DNA of 63,489 bases, counting the filler, from Licmophora abbreviata (Eukaryota), in the NCBI GenBank assembly GCA_900291995.1. It is 12 parts of 12 records of this genome, joined end to end, with 100 filler letters (N's around TTAATTAATTAA, not from the genome) between each part and the next. Parts side by side here need not be neighbours in the genome. Positions count along the whole stretch, not along the records: positions 10,225 to 23,616 come from OLMU01000526.1; positions 23,717 to 28,190 come from OLMU01000527.1; positions 28,291 to 31,500 come from OLMU01000529.1; 9 more parts are not named here. One strand, written 5' to 3'. Every line of letters starts with the position of its first letter. Position 1 is the first letter of the stretch. Below are positions 20,050 to 30,091 of this stretch, piece by piece. The notes below the pieces were generated by a model. The model saw only the letters and a program-made list of their open reading frames with translations, did not search any database and had not been told where the DNA came from. The translations under genes and the position numbers were made by a program.

Positions 20050-22860
20050 TCATTTCCGTGATCTTTGTCGGATGAACGACTCAAGATCCTCATTCGAAGG
20101 TCCGCTGCCTGCGTTTATAGATCTCTGTGGGGCCAATCTCTGCCGAAGGCTTTCCAACTCGAACGCCTGCTGTCCAAAGGCAAAATCATCGTCGTCAAAA
20201 TCGTCACCGAACCCAAAGAAGTCACCAATCAAATCTCGCGCTTCGTCGAATGCTCGGAGACAGGATATTCGAACTTTGATAGCAGATGTCTGGACTTGTT
20301 CACGGGTCACCAACGCAAAATCCCCTTCTGGATTTCGATGTCGAGAGAGAAAAGTGCTCAACCGGCCATTAATATGTTGGCGAACGCGGCGAAGGCCAAT
20401 CGCGATCCGTTTCATGACAATCTGGGCCCCTTGACCGATCAACACATCTTGAATTGACGAGCCAGCGGCTCCAACATCCAGTTCATCAGGTGGCTCAACC
20501 TTCTCGAGGAACTTGTCAATGTCGTCAAGGCCCTCAACAAACTCTGCATTAACCGACTTGGATCGTGACACCAAGTCGGTTTCTGGAACGTCGATCTCTT
20601 TTGCGTCATGGCCGAATGCGGAACCATATATTTCCTCGGCCATTGCCTGATAATTTTCAGATTCGTCGTCGAACGATGCGATTCGCTTTGGTGACTGGGG
20701 CTCGGATTTCACAGGAGCGTCCTCATGCCGTTTGACACCCCATGTTCCATGAAAATCAGAACCGTGGTCGTTGTCTGATGGAGTTGTCGCAAAAGTCTCC
20801 GAGCGTTCAGTTGTTTGCTTAACTTCTGAGATGACGGAAGCGGATTCTACGTCGTCGACAGGTGTCGAAAACGCTTTGGTCAGGCCCTCTTCAGTCACCT
20901 GTCTCGCTGACTCTGTCTTAAGTCGACTTTTCTCTCGCTCGGAGACCTTCTGGAAGAAACTGGCCAAAGACCCTTCCTTCGGTGGTGACTTTTTTGGCAG
21001 CGATTCGTTGAGTTCATCATTAGACCCAGATTTCTCGCCTTTTATCAATGTTTCATTTGTCGTTTTGGCTGCCGCGTCTAGCAGACCGCCATTGAATTCC
21101 TCGGGGGCGGGGCTCCTTGAGTGTGAGGGCGCGTCACGCTCGTCGAGGGTGTCGAAATCGATTACATCGGATTCTTCCTCTTTGGATCGGTGGTACCACC
21201 GGTCAGTCGCGTCATCTTTCTCGCTGTCTTCATCCAGGGCTGCGTCTTCTGCCTCGGTTCCATCTATCGCCGAATCGTCCACATCACTATCAGTTCTGAA
21301 TTTGGCTCCAGAAGGACCAGGGAAATGGGATTCTTCTTGTTTGTCTTCAATGCTGCCCGGGGGGCGCGATTCTTCGTCTTGCATGTCCTCCACGCCACCT
21401 ATTGCAATTTCGGCCTTTTCTTTCGTCCCTTGGGAGATGGTTCCGTTTGTTGAACCCTTGTGATCGGATGGCATTCTCACATCCTTCAAAGAATCCGTGA
21501 CATCGGAGGCCACATTGACAGGGCTGTGACTTTCTCCTGGTACGTCTGTGCTAATCAGATCAAATGGATAGATAAGAACTTCACTCTCCACGATGTCCTG
21601 ATCTATGGGATCAGCACGGACTGTATCAAAGTGCCCTGGGCCGTCTTCGGTTGAATCTGACAGAGATCCGTTTGATAAGTCTCCATCAGTAATCTCAACA
21701 GGCGCCACGAACGCGTGCTGTGCTGTGCTCTCCAGCCGACCATCAGAGAGCGCCGCATCCACAGGCGCGCCGGCGTTCGTCTCGTCTGAGTCGAGCTTCG
21801 GTGCGCTTTCCGAAGTCGACGAGGCTTTTGTTGGACCCTCGTCACTTTGCGACGGGCTTTCCGCAGTTGACGAGGCTTTTGTTTGACCCTCGTCACTTTG
21901 TTGGGATGTCAGAAAAGAGGCGGCATCTTCAGTGCTGGGATCGTACATCTCGTGATTGATCGAATCACCTTCGAAAGGCGTCGTTTCGCCGTCGAATGAC
22001 CCCTCGTCACCGTCCACAACAAGGTCATTTTCTGTCTCTTCTAACGAGCGATCTGGAACTTCTTTGTGTTGTATAGATTCTGTAACGGCATTCAACACCT
22101 CACGCGTCTCATGAGATGCCCATTCGAGCGCCTCGTCCTCAAGGGAGTTCAATTCGGTCGTTTCTGACTCGTTGAGTGACGTGCGGGCATCTTGTTCTAT
22201 TTGACCGTCCCAAATCTCATCATAGTCATTATAAAGAAACTCGTCCGTTGACAGCTCTTCGGGAGACTGTACACCCGGGTTGGCACCCCCGACTGATGTT
22301 GCCTTGCTGAGCACCTCTTCAGTCTCGACCTTCAGATGTGTTTGACCTTCGTCGGGTAGCGATGTAGGTGACTCGTCTTCGTCGGGTAGCGACCGATCCA
22401 TTGCAAACTTTTCTGGCAGATTGGCATCTACTTTTTCTCTTGCCTTTCGTGCCCTATCAGCATCTGGGGTCGATTCTATATCTACCGACACATCGTGTAT
22501 ATTTTCTGAAGGCTTCACGGTCGATGCCACCTCAGTTGAGACGATAGACGAAAGTTGTAAATGATCTCTTGGCTTCGCTGTAATATCCTTTCCACTCTGT
22601 CGCTTCGCCTGATCCGACTCGACCAGAAAACCATTGCGTAGCGCGTGGCTTGCCAGTTCATCTCCATTGCCCGACGATGCCGAGTTGGCTGGGGACCCGA
22701 CTTGATACATTCTTTCGTACAGCCGTCTCATCATATCGCTATGTATCATTCTCATCTGATTCCTCCCGCTATAGCGACAATCGTCTAATACCTTGAAGCG
22801 GGAAATGGTTGGGTACATGGAAAGAAGGACTATACATGCCAGCACTAGCCACCGGAGCAT
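20050..22860 (-). CDS. Large acidic low-complexity hypothetical protein with N-terminal signal/anchor
   Basis: Uninterrupted ORF of about 935 aa from MLRWLVLACIVLLS; D/E/S-rich; folded-looking C-terminal block EFVEGLDDIDKFLEKVEPPDELDVG. Confidence 0.7.
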   Translation of the reverse strand: MLRWLVLACIVLLSMYPTISRFKVLDDCRYSGRNQMRMIHSDMMRRLYERMYQVGSPANSASSGNGDELASHALRNGFLVESDQAKRQSGKDITAKPRDHLQLSSIVSTEVASTVKPSENIHDVSVDIESTPDADRARKAREKVDANLPEKFAMDRSLPDEDESPTSLPDEGQTHLKVETEEVLSKATSVGGANPGVQSPEELSTDEFLYNDYDEIWDGQIEQDARTSLNESETTELNSLEDEALEWASHETREVLNAVTESIQHKEVPDRSLEETENDLVVDGDEGSFDGETTPFEGDSINHEMYDPSTEDAASFLTSQQSDEGQTKASSTAESPSQSDEGPTKASSTSESAPKLDSDETNAGAPVDAALSDGRLESTAQHAFVAPVEITDGDLSNGSLSDSTEDGPGHFDTVRADPIDQDIVESEVLIYPFDLISTDVPGESHSPVNVASDVTDSLKDVRMPSDHKGSTNGTISQGTKEKAEIAIGGVEDMQDEESRPPGSIEDKQEESHFPGPSGAKFRTDSDVDDSAIDGTEAEDAALDEDSEKDDATDRWYHRSKEEESDVIDFDTLDERDAPSHSRSPAPEEFNGGLLDAAAKTTNETLIKGEKSGSNDELNESLPKKSPPKEGSLASFFQKVSEREKSRLKTESARQVTEEGLTKAFSTPVDDVESASVISEVKQTTERSETFATTPSDNDHGSDFHGTWGVKRHEDAPVKSEPQSPKRIASFDDESENYQAMAEEIYGSAFGHDAKEIDVPETDLVSRSKSVNAEFVEGLDDIDKFLEKVEPPDELDVGAAGSSIQDVLIGQGAQIVMKRIAIGLRRVRQHINGRLSTFLSRHRNPEGDFALVTREQVQTSAIKVRISCLRAFDEARDLIGDFFGFGDDFDDDDFAFGQQAFELESLRQRLAPQRSINAGSGPSNEDLESFIRQRSRK

Positions 22861-23616
22861 GTTGCTCAAGACGGCTCGTTTCGAAATCTGGGAATCAATA
22901 CTGAAATAATCGGTTCGCAACTCCTTTCACTTCGAGCACAGAATATTTATATCAGTTTGGCTGCCTTCGGCTTCTTCTTTCCGCCCACAACTAGCAATTT
23001 ACTCGGAAGTCGTCCCTGGCTCCAGATCACAATCGCCACACATCATTGAATGATGTGTGTGTTGATGTGATGTGTGAGGTGTCTGTGCTTCACACGCCGG
23101 CGGCGCGCGCGGTATGACAAGGGTCACAAACCGAGCGCTCGATCGCTTTTGTGCTTGCCTCTCATCATCCGTCATACAGTAGTCTGTCAGTACGGTATAC
23201 ATACATCTCCCAGAAGAGGTCCTCCAGATATCTTCCACTAAGCTAAGTTTTCCGCCATTTCCCTCCTGGCTTGTTAGCAAACCGATAGATATTTTCAAGA
23301 ATTATGATAAAGAGTGTTTACGCCACCCAGTGTGACACAGACTCATCCGACCACACCCCATCGGGAACTCGAATCATTCGATTTATCTAGGCAGAGACGC
23401 TGACCTCCAAGCAAGCAAGCAACCCGCGCCCTTTAGCGGTTTCTGTCGGTTTTCGTACAATTCTACGTGATCTCAGTACAATCGAACGCGGCCGTTCACG
23501 TTAGTCACGTTTGAACTCCGTACATTCTACACATGCTGGTACTCAGATACTCCGACCAATCTGAACATGCAAACCCCGTTTTCTCGTTTTCTCGCTCACA
23601 ATTCGCATCATGTGTG

Positions 23617-23716
23617 NNNNNNNNNNNNNNNNNNNNNNNNNNNNNNNNNNNNNNNNNNNNTTAATTAATTAANNNNNNNNNNNNNNNNNNNNNNNNNNNN
23701 NNNNNNNNNNNNNNNN
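23617..23716. other. Artificial gap linker
   Basis: N-run, TTAATTAATTAA, N-run. Confidence 0.97.
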
Positions 23717-25178
23717 GGGTTGTTCTCAGGCTTCGATCTTTCCAGTCCGTATCCTTTGGTCTGCGGTCCACGTCTCGGTGCCTCGTACCAACAGATACCG
23801 GTACGGCTATCTCACCATTCTTGTTTTCGCGTAAGAGCTTCCGCAACGCTGTTGCGCCCAGTTCACTGACCACAACGCTTCTATGCCGACCAGTCTCGCT
23901 GCCGACGCAAACCGTCATCCGAATCGGTGCAGCATGTCCATGGCCAGCCTTTGTCGCTTCAAGTACTGCTTCAAACGCCTGTCTCCCCAAATCTTGCGTT
24001 GTTTCTCTTACACTGCGATTATCATGTCCATCGTCGTCTCGCCTATTGTTCAGCAGTGCTCGCTTTACATTCCCTGATAGGCCGCTTTGGCGTTGCATAT
24101 AATGCGGAACTTGCGGCAGGTCGCGACAGTCCAATAAAAGCGGAAACGCATAACTAAATCCCGTTCTACTCTCCGGTGGAACCCCGTGACTGTGTCCAAA
24201 AGACATGAACTCCACATGAATGGGAGCTTTACCGTGGGGAGCAAGTCGGTTGATACTCTTCGGCGCAGGCGTAGTTCTTGCGTTCTCGATAGTCTCACTG
24301 GGAGACGAAGCGGCCGACTTCTCAACCCGAAAATCTAGGTCTTGTTCCCCGTAGTCCGCTAGTAGCTCCAAAAGGGGTTGCTGACAGCGCAAGCGGAAAT
24401 CAGCAACTGACGCGGCCGGTGCGTTCGCCGCTCTGTCGTCTGTGGAGACGAGCTCTTTGGCCGGCAGGTTCGTACTGATTCCAAATCCATCGATCGAAGC
24501 CACAAAGCTTACAGCTGCGCTTGAGGCAATCGCAGCGTTCAGAGAGTCTCCTCGTGACGGATCCTCTTCGTTCAATTTGATTTCTGACGACACAATGTCA
24601 CCAATCGCCTGTGATACTTCCATTATACGGTCCATTCCGCCGTCGTGCGTTTGCAAAGTTTCAGGGTACCGCATGGGCTGAGATCCTTCCTTGTACATGG
24701 ATGTTTGAGGCTGGGACGGCTCGTTCAAGGGCATTGACCAGCCTCTCGGACCGAAACCTCCTCCTCGCTTTGACTTTCCTGCTGGAGCGCGTCGGTTCGT
24801 TGTCATGTTCGTTTCACGTTGCACCGTCATCTGCCGCCCTCCAATCTCAGCTCCATTTAGCTTTGAAACGACTAGATCGGCACGAGAAGATGAAATAAAC
24901 GCGTGGCAGACATCGTGCTCTCCACTTTTCAACACAGATATCTCGTTGTACGGAATCCCATGCTCCCCAAGTAGGTCTTTCAAGCTCTCTTCCAGATTGC
25001 AATCCTCAGACGGCAAGTTGCCAACATGGACTCGAGATTTCCTTCCGTTTGATTTCTTTCTCTGTTTGGGAAGAACGAACCCTTCAGTTTCGTTTGTCGT
25101 GGTTTGCGCCATGGTCATTCCAGCGTTTGCATCATGTTTGCTGATTCCCAACGATGATACACAAGAATAATAAGACAT
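23717..25178 (-). CDS. RRM + RapZ C-terminal-like domain protein (3' end at gap)
   Basis: RRM: RVHVGNLP...HAFIS...KLNGAEIGGRQMTVQ. RapZ-CTD: FMSFGHSHGVP...LDCRDLP...SGL...MTVCVGSETGRHRSVVVSE. Confidence 0.75.
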
Positions 25179-25479
25179 GGAATGGTGCGTGTTGCGTTGT
25201 GATGTTCGTGACCTCTGAGGAAAATATTTCGTGGCCAGGACGACTTCAGACTACTGGTCGTCGACGGTCGCGCGTGAATGCAAACTCAACGCGTGGTTTT
25301 TGTTGTGACAAAAAATAGATTGATTCGGCAAGGACGGCGCGGACATGCATCGACAGAATGGAATCGACAACAGTGATACAGCGAGAACCACGACTTTCCG
25401 GTATAATCATGGCTCAGCACGATTGCATTCAACTCGAGCAGAAGTTTCAAAAGGTCAAGAGAACATGTCCATGTGAAAA

Positions 25480-26538
25480 ATGGCTTCTGCTGGATCTATC
25501 TGTTTCGTTGTCTTGTGGATCTTGTCGATCGCTCACCCCGCAGCGGGATGGGGAAAGGTTGGCCATGCGACCATAGCGGACCTGGCTTACGGCCGCCTAT
25601 CGGATCGATCGCAATCTTCCATCAAACGAATCCTGCGGGGGTACAATCACACGGACACGGATGCGGGGACGCCTCTTGGTGGTGTGGCTGATTGGGCTGA
25701 CAGAGTTCGATATACGAAGGCCTTTCACTGGAGTGCTCCTCTCCACTACATTGACGTACGCGATTTAAGTATCGTCGATGGGTGTCCTTGTGAGACGCCT
25801 GATATTGAGAGTGCTTCATGCCGATTTGACTTTTCGAGAGACTGTGGTGATGATCGATGCGTGGCTGGGGCCGTAATGAACTACACCGCACGTCTTGACG
25901 AGCGATGGAACCATGTTCAAGGGCAGCATGCCACGTTCCTAAGAGGGGGGATCGTTTCGACTGCAGGCGATGAGATGATTCGTGAAAGTTTGATGTTCTT
26001 GACTCACTTTGTGGGTGACTTGCATCAGCCGCTTCATAGCGCCAGGGCTAGCGACAAGGGTGGCAATTCTTTCCACGTCCAGTTCAACCACGAGATGGAG
26101 ATGCCGGTCCTTTTGAGAGATGGCTCACATTCGCACCACTGGAATCTCCATTCTGTATGGGACGATGCCATAATTGAGCAGGCGTTAAAGGAATCGTATC
26201 GTGGTTCTCGCGAAGGATTCGAAGCAAGCGTCGCAGACTTGATTCATCAGGCCGAAGACAACGGGCAGCTTGATAGGTGGCTCGCGTGCTCGAATGGAGG
26301 AAATAAGACGTGTGTTTCCTATTGGGCAGAGGAAAGCCTTCATGACGCTCTCACATGGGCGTATCGCAATGTCGACGGCTCGGAAGTCGTGAATGGAACG
26401 ACTCTTGGTCACGAATATTACGAAACGAGACTTCAAGTGATCCAAGACAGAATTGCGGCTGCTGCCGTACGTCTTGCTGCGACGCTCGAAGCGGTACTTG
26501 GAGAGGGAGTCGTGGCAATGCATGTGGCTTCTACCTAA
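25480..26538 (+). CDS. Secreted S1/P1 nuclease
   Basis: Signal peptide followed by mature WGKVGH; ADWADRVR, LHYID, FLTHFVGDLHQPLH, NLHSVWD, WAEES. Confidence 0.95.
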   Translation: MASAGSICFVVLWILSIAHPAAGWGKVGHATIADLAYGRLSDRSQSSIKRILRGYNHTDTDAGTPLGGVADWADRVRYTKAFHWSAPLHYIDVRDLSIVDGCPCETPDIESASCRFDFSRDCGDDRCVAGAVMNYTARLDERWNHVQGQHATFLRGGIVSTAGDEMIRESLMFLTHFVGDLHQPLHSARASDKGGNSFHVQFNHEMEMPVLLRDGSHSHHWNLHSVWDDAIIEQALKESYRGSREGFEASVADLIHQAEDNGQLDRWLACSNGGNKTCVSYWAEESLHDALTWAYRNVDGSEVVNGTTLGHEYYETRLQVIQDRIAAAAVRLAATLEAVLGEGVVAMHVAST

Positions 26539-26959
26539 CTCATTCTATGTAAATACCGTCAACCAGCGGACGACGTTCAACATCTTCAATTCGGTCCACG
26601 ACCAACTCGAAGTTTGCTTAGTTTCGTATGTAGGTCGGCACATGACTGGTAAGGCCACCTAAGAAGAAATGTTCTTCGTTGACCAGCTTTACTTAGGGGA
26701 GAACCATTCGCTAGCGCCAGTAAAGCCCAGAGTTTCACAACAGCCGAGACTATAGACTCAGTAGCCTACGCGACTTGGAAGGTTCAGTCATCAAGTGACG
26801 TAGCAGCGCTGTGTGTCTGCACGCCTGACCGGCGTCGTGACGAACGACGGCGAGAGAAAAGCGGCATGAAAGAGATGGAATCGCATCACAACACGACATG
26901 GCCACACACGGCATGACACTGCACAAAGTACCGTCATTGAAACGGGAGCACAGCCCGTG

Positions 26960-28190
26960 ATGGCCACCCCTCCTCCTACATCGGCCAATGCGCAATCCGG
27001 ACGGCACCATCATGAGGCAGTCGTTCTGTTCTATAAGTATTTTCTGCCTTCTTCGAACAGTGATGCGGCACTACTCTCTCAAAGACCAGATTGCTACATG
27101 CGTGCGATCCTCAAGCACCAAGAGAAGCTGGGCAGTGCGCTTGGGCTGAAGGGTCGGGTCCTGCTATCGATAGAAGGCATTAACGGGACTGTGTCTGCAT
27201 CCAGTGAGAGTTGTATCGATAAATATATTGAAGCCATGGAGAAATTTGATCTGAGGCGAGAATGTGGCGAAACTGAACACCGTGATGGGGACGTGACGAC
27301 GCGACGTTCCGACTCTCTGTATGCCCAAGTCGATTGGAAGAAGTCTCGAATTGACAAGGATACAAAGGGACCATTCCCAGATCTCAAGATCAGCCTTGTC
27401 AAAGAGATAGTTAGTTCCGGTGGTGCGGTCCAAGTATCGGATCTGCCGTCACTGGGTGGTCGGCATTTGACGCCTGGAGAGTTCCATGAAACACTCTTGT
27501 CGTCCCCGAATGCAATTTTGATCGATGTACGTAACACGTTTGAGCACGACATTGGACATTTCGTCCATCCCGTCACCCAAGAAGCGGCTCTGCGACCGGA
27601 AATGGTGACATTCAGCTCGTTTGATTCAACATTTCTAGCGCCGAACGCCGATTATCTTCGAGATAAGAAGGTCTTGATGTACTGCACAGGTGGAATCCGG
27701 TGTGAAAAGGCGTCAGTTATGCTTCGTAAACGAGGCGTCAAGGACGTTAGTCAGCTGCAGGGGGGTATACATCGTTATCTGGAGAAGTACGGTGACGCTG
27801 GCTTTTTTCAGGGAAAGAACTTCGTTTTTGACCAGCGTGTAGCCTTGGCGCCGGCGGGAGCAGCGATACAAGTCGAGGCTACCAAGCCCCCTCTCGTTGT
27901 TGGAAGGTGTGCGGCATGTGAGATGCCATATGATGAATTGTCAGGCTCACGTATTTGCACAGTGTGTCGGGATCTGGTTCTTGTGTGCCCCACCTGCCAG
28001 GCAGCGTTGCGTGAGTACCATTGCCGTCGCCACGCAGCTTGGAAGCATTGCTATTTTACATTCCTCGACTCTTTCGACTGGGATGAACTTGTTTCACAAC
28101 GTTCAGAACTCGAAAAGCTTCGAGAATCTCTTAGACCATATTCACAGAACAAGAACATGCGGAGGACCTTGATGCGACAGGTAACGAAGG
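26960..28190 (+). CDS. TrhO/YceA-type rhodanese (TSTD2-like), 3' truncated by the gap
   Basis: VLFYKY, LKGRVLLSIEGINGTV, IDVRNTFEHDIGHF, MYCTGGIRCEKAS, QLQGGIHRYLE, GKNFVFDQR, C-terminal Cys cluster. Confidence 0.92.
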
Positions 28191-28290
28191 NNNNNNNNNN
28201 NNNNNNNNNNNNNNNNNNNNNNNNNNNNNNNNNNTTAATTAATTAANNNNNNNNNNNNNNNNNNNNNNNNNNNNNNNNNNNNNNNNNNNN
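28191..28290. other. Artificial gap linker (must hide the 3' ends of two convergent genes)
   Basis: N-run, TTAATTAATTAA, N-run; both flanking ORFs run into it. Confidence 0.97.
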
Positions 28291-29394
28291 CGGTTGAATC
28301 TTGGTATGATCACATCAACGACATCAATCTGTTGGTATTCGGACTGAGTGGAAACGACCTGCCAATGCGAGTGCGAAGTTAGGTAGATCAATGGTGAGTG
28401 TTGCTGTGTTTGCAAGTGCTGGCTTTGTAGGATAGTCCCTTCTTACCGAAGTTTTCATTTGGAGGTCTATGTCTCCTAATATGTGGACTCCCAGATCCCA
28501 AAGCTGGAGTGGATTCGATTGAGGAGAGCGAAACCCGCGGAGCTTGTGGGCCCATTTCATTTGAACAGACGAGTCGTTTCGTGCGATACCAAACATATTG
28601 TGAATGATGGGTACCACCGGCACGAGCGGATTGGATCCACACGTGAACAGGTCCAGCGTAATCACGCCTTCCGCTGGCCAAGTGTGAAATGATATATGAC
28701 TTTCCAACAGCACTCCCACGCAACTAACGCCTGCAGGAATTAGCTTGTGGCAATGGTAAGACAAAAGGGTCAACGATGCCACGTCAACGACTTCTACCAT
28801 CGCGCTGGCAAGTCTCTCTTCCGAGTTCAAGAAAGTACCGTCGACGTTTTCGATATCAACCAGCAAGTGCTGCCCGGCTGGTAAGTGCTCATCATCATCC
28901 TCATCAGACTGTTCTGTTGTAGCTGCCGGATCCCCACCCCTGGAACACTGCTTCGTTCCGTCTTCCCGTGCCAGGCAAACGTGATGCAGGTCGTCTGTTT
29001 CATCGACGTCTTCGTCATTGCGCCGCATCAGAAGCGACGAGCTCGTCGCGCTGCGGGTTGTATCGAAGTTCTTGGCGGTATAGAGGGTTTTCGGTACCTC
29101 TTTTCCCTTCTTGGCAATCGGGGGAGGCAGCGAGGCGTCTGTTCGGATATACATCTCGTGATAATCCGGACGATTTCGGAGCGTCGACTCATCATGCTGT
29201 GCAAGCAAGGCCTGGTGGGGTCCCTCCAAAAGGATGATCCGCGCGGCGCGACCCACGGAGAATGCGAGAAGCATAGACGAAAGCAGTCCGAAAACGATGA
29301 ACTTGGTAGACACCATGACGACGTACGGCCTCTCAGGCGCGGAGTTCGCGTCGCGATTCTGGTCCCCGGATCGTACCATAATGACGCTCTCCAT
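28291..29394 (-). CDS. Membrane-anchored bacterial-type S-adenosylmethionine decarboxylase / aminopropyltransferase fusion (long-chain polyamine synthase candidate), copy B, 3' truncated
   Basis: TM segment FIVFGLLSSMLLAFSVG; AdoMetDC GQHLLVD...GVSCVGVLLESHISFHTWPAEGVITLDLFTCG. After an intron the exon reads VVSTQSEYQQIDVVD, the spermidine synthase N-terminal motif. Confidence 0.88.
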
Positions 29395-30091
29395 GCAACA
29401 ACTCTATGGAAGTATCTGCATAGCAAGAGGCAACACTTTGGTGACGAAGAACCTCGGGGACAAGATCATATGTGGCAGGGAGGAGATGAATGCCGCTGCA
29501 AAGCATTGCGATCTGTCTCTTCGCACAGACGTCTCGATGAGAAGGGCAGTCTTCTTCAGCGCGAGCGTGACCCTCGATCTTCTGTGAACTTTGCGTGAAT
29601 GGCACTGAAACGATGAGTTGTGGTCTTGCGAGCACCGGCGTCACACCGCCGTTGGGTGTTTCAAATCACAGATGGGCCAGCTGAACACAGCGAAGGTATA
29701 TGATCTCGTATTATGGTTAGACGACAGGTATGTACACAGGTACAGTTAGACGATGTGTGCAGTATCAGAAGCCTCTCGCCTCGGGTGGAATGCCAAGGTT
29801 CAGAAATGGACCAGATACCGGCACCTGATATGCTCTTGCGTCGAACGTTGCAGTTCGCTACTAATTATAACTAGTTTGTATCTGTTAGCCGTTTGATACG
29901 AAGTAGATAGCTCGACCTTGATCGAGGCAACAATGCTTCTATACGTTCGATCCGCTGCTGTCCAGAAAAGGCTCGAACATCGATCACTTTGCACTCCCTT
30001 CGATTATTCGTATTGAAGCATTTACTTTCATAGGGCGATCTCATAAGGCGCCTACAGGTTTCCAAGTATCTGCACTGTTTCGAATTTATGT

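Noticed and set aside
23717..28190. RapZ-like gene, S1/P1 nuclease and TrhO as an RNA-decay operon
   Set aside because: The nuclease has a signal peptide and would be in a different compartment; eukaryotic adjacency alone is weak evidence
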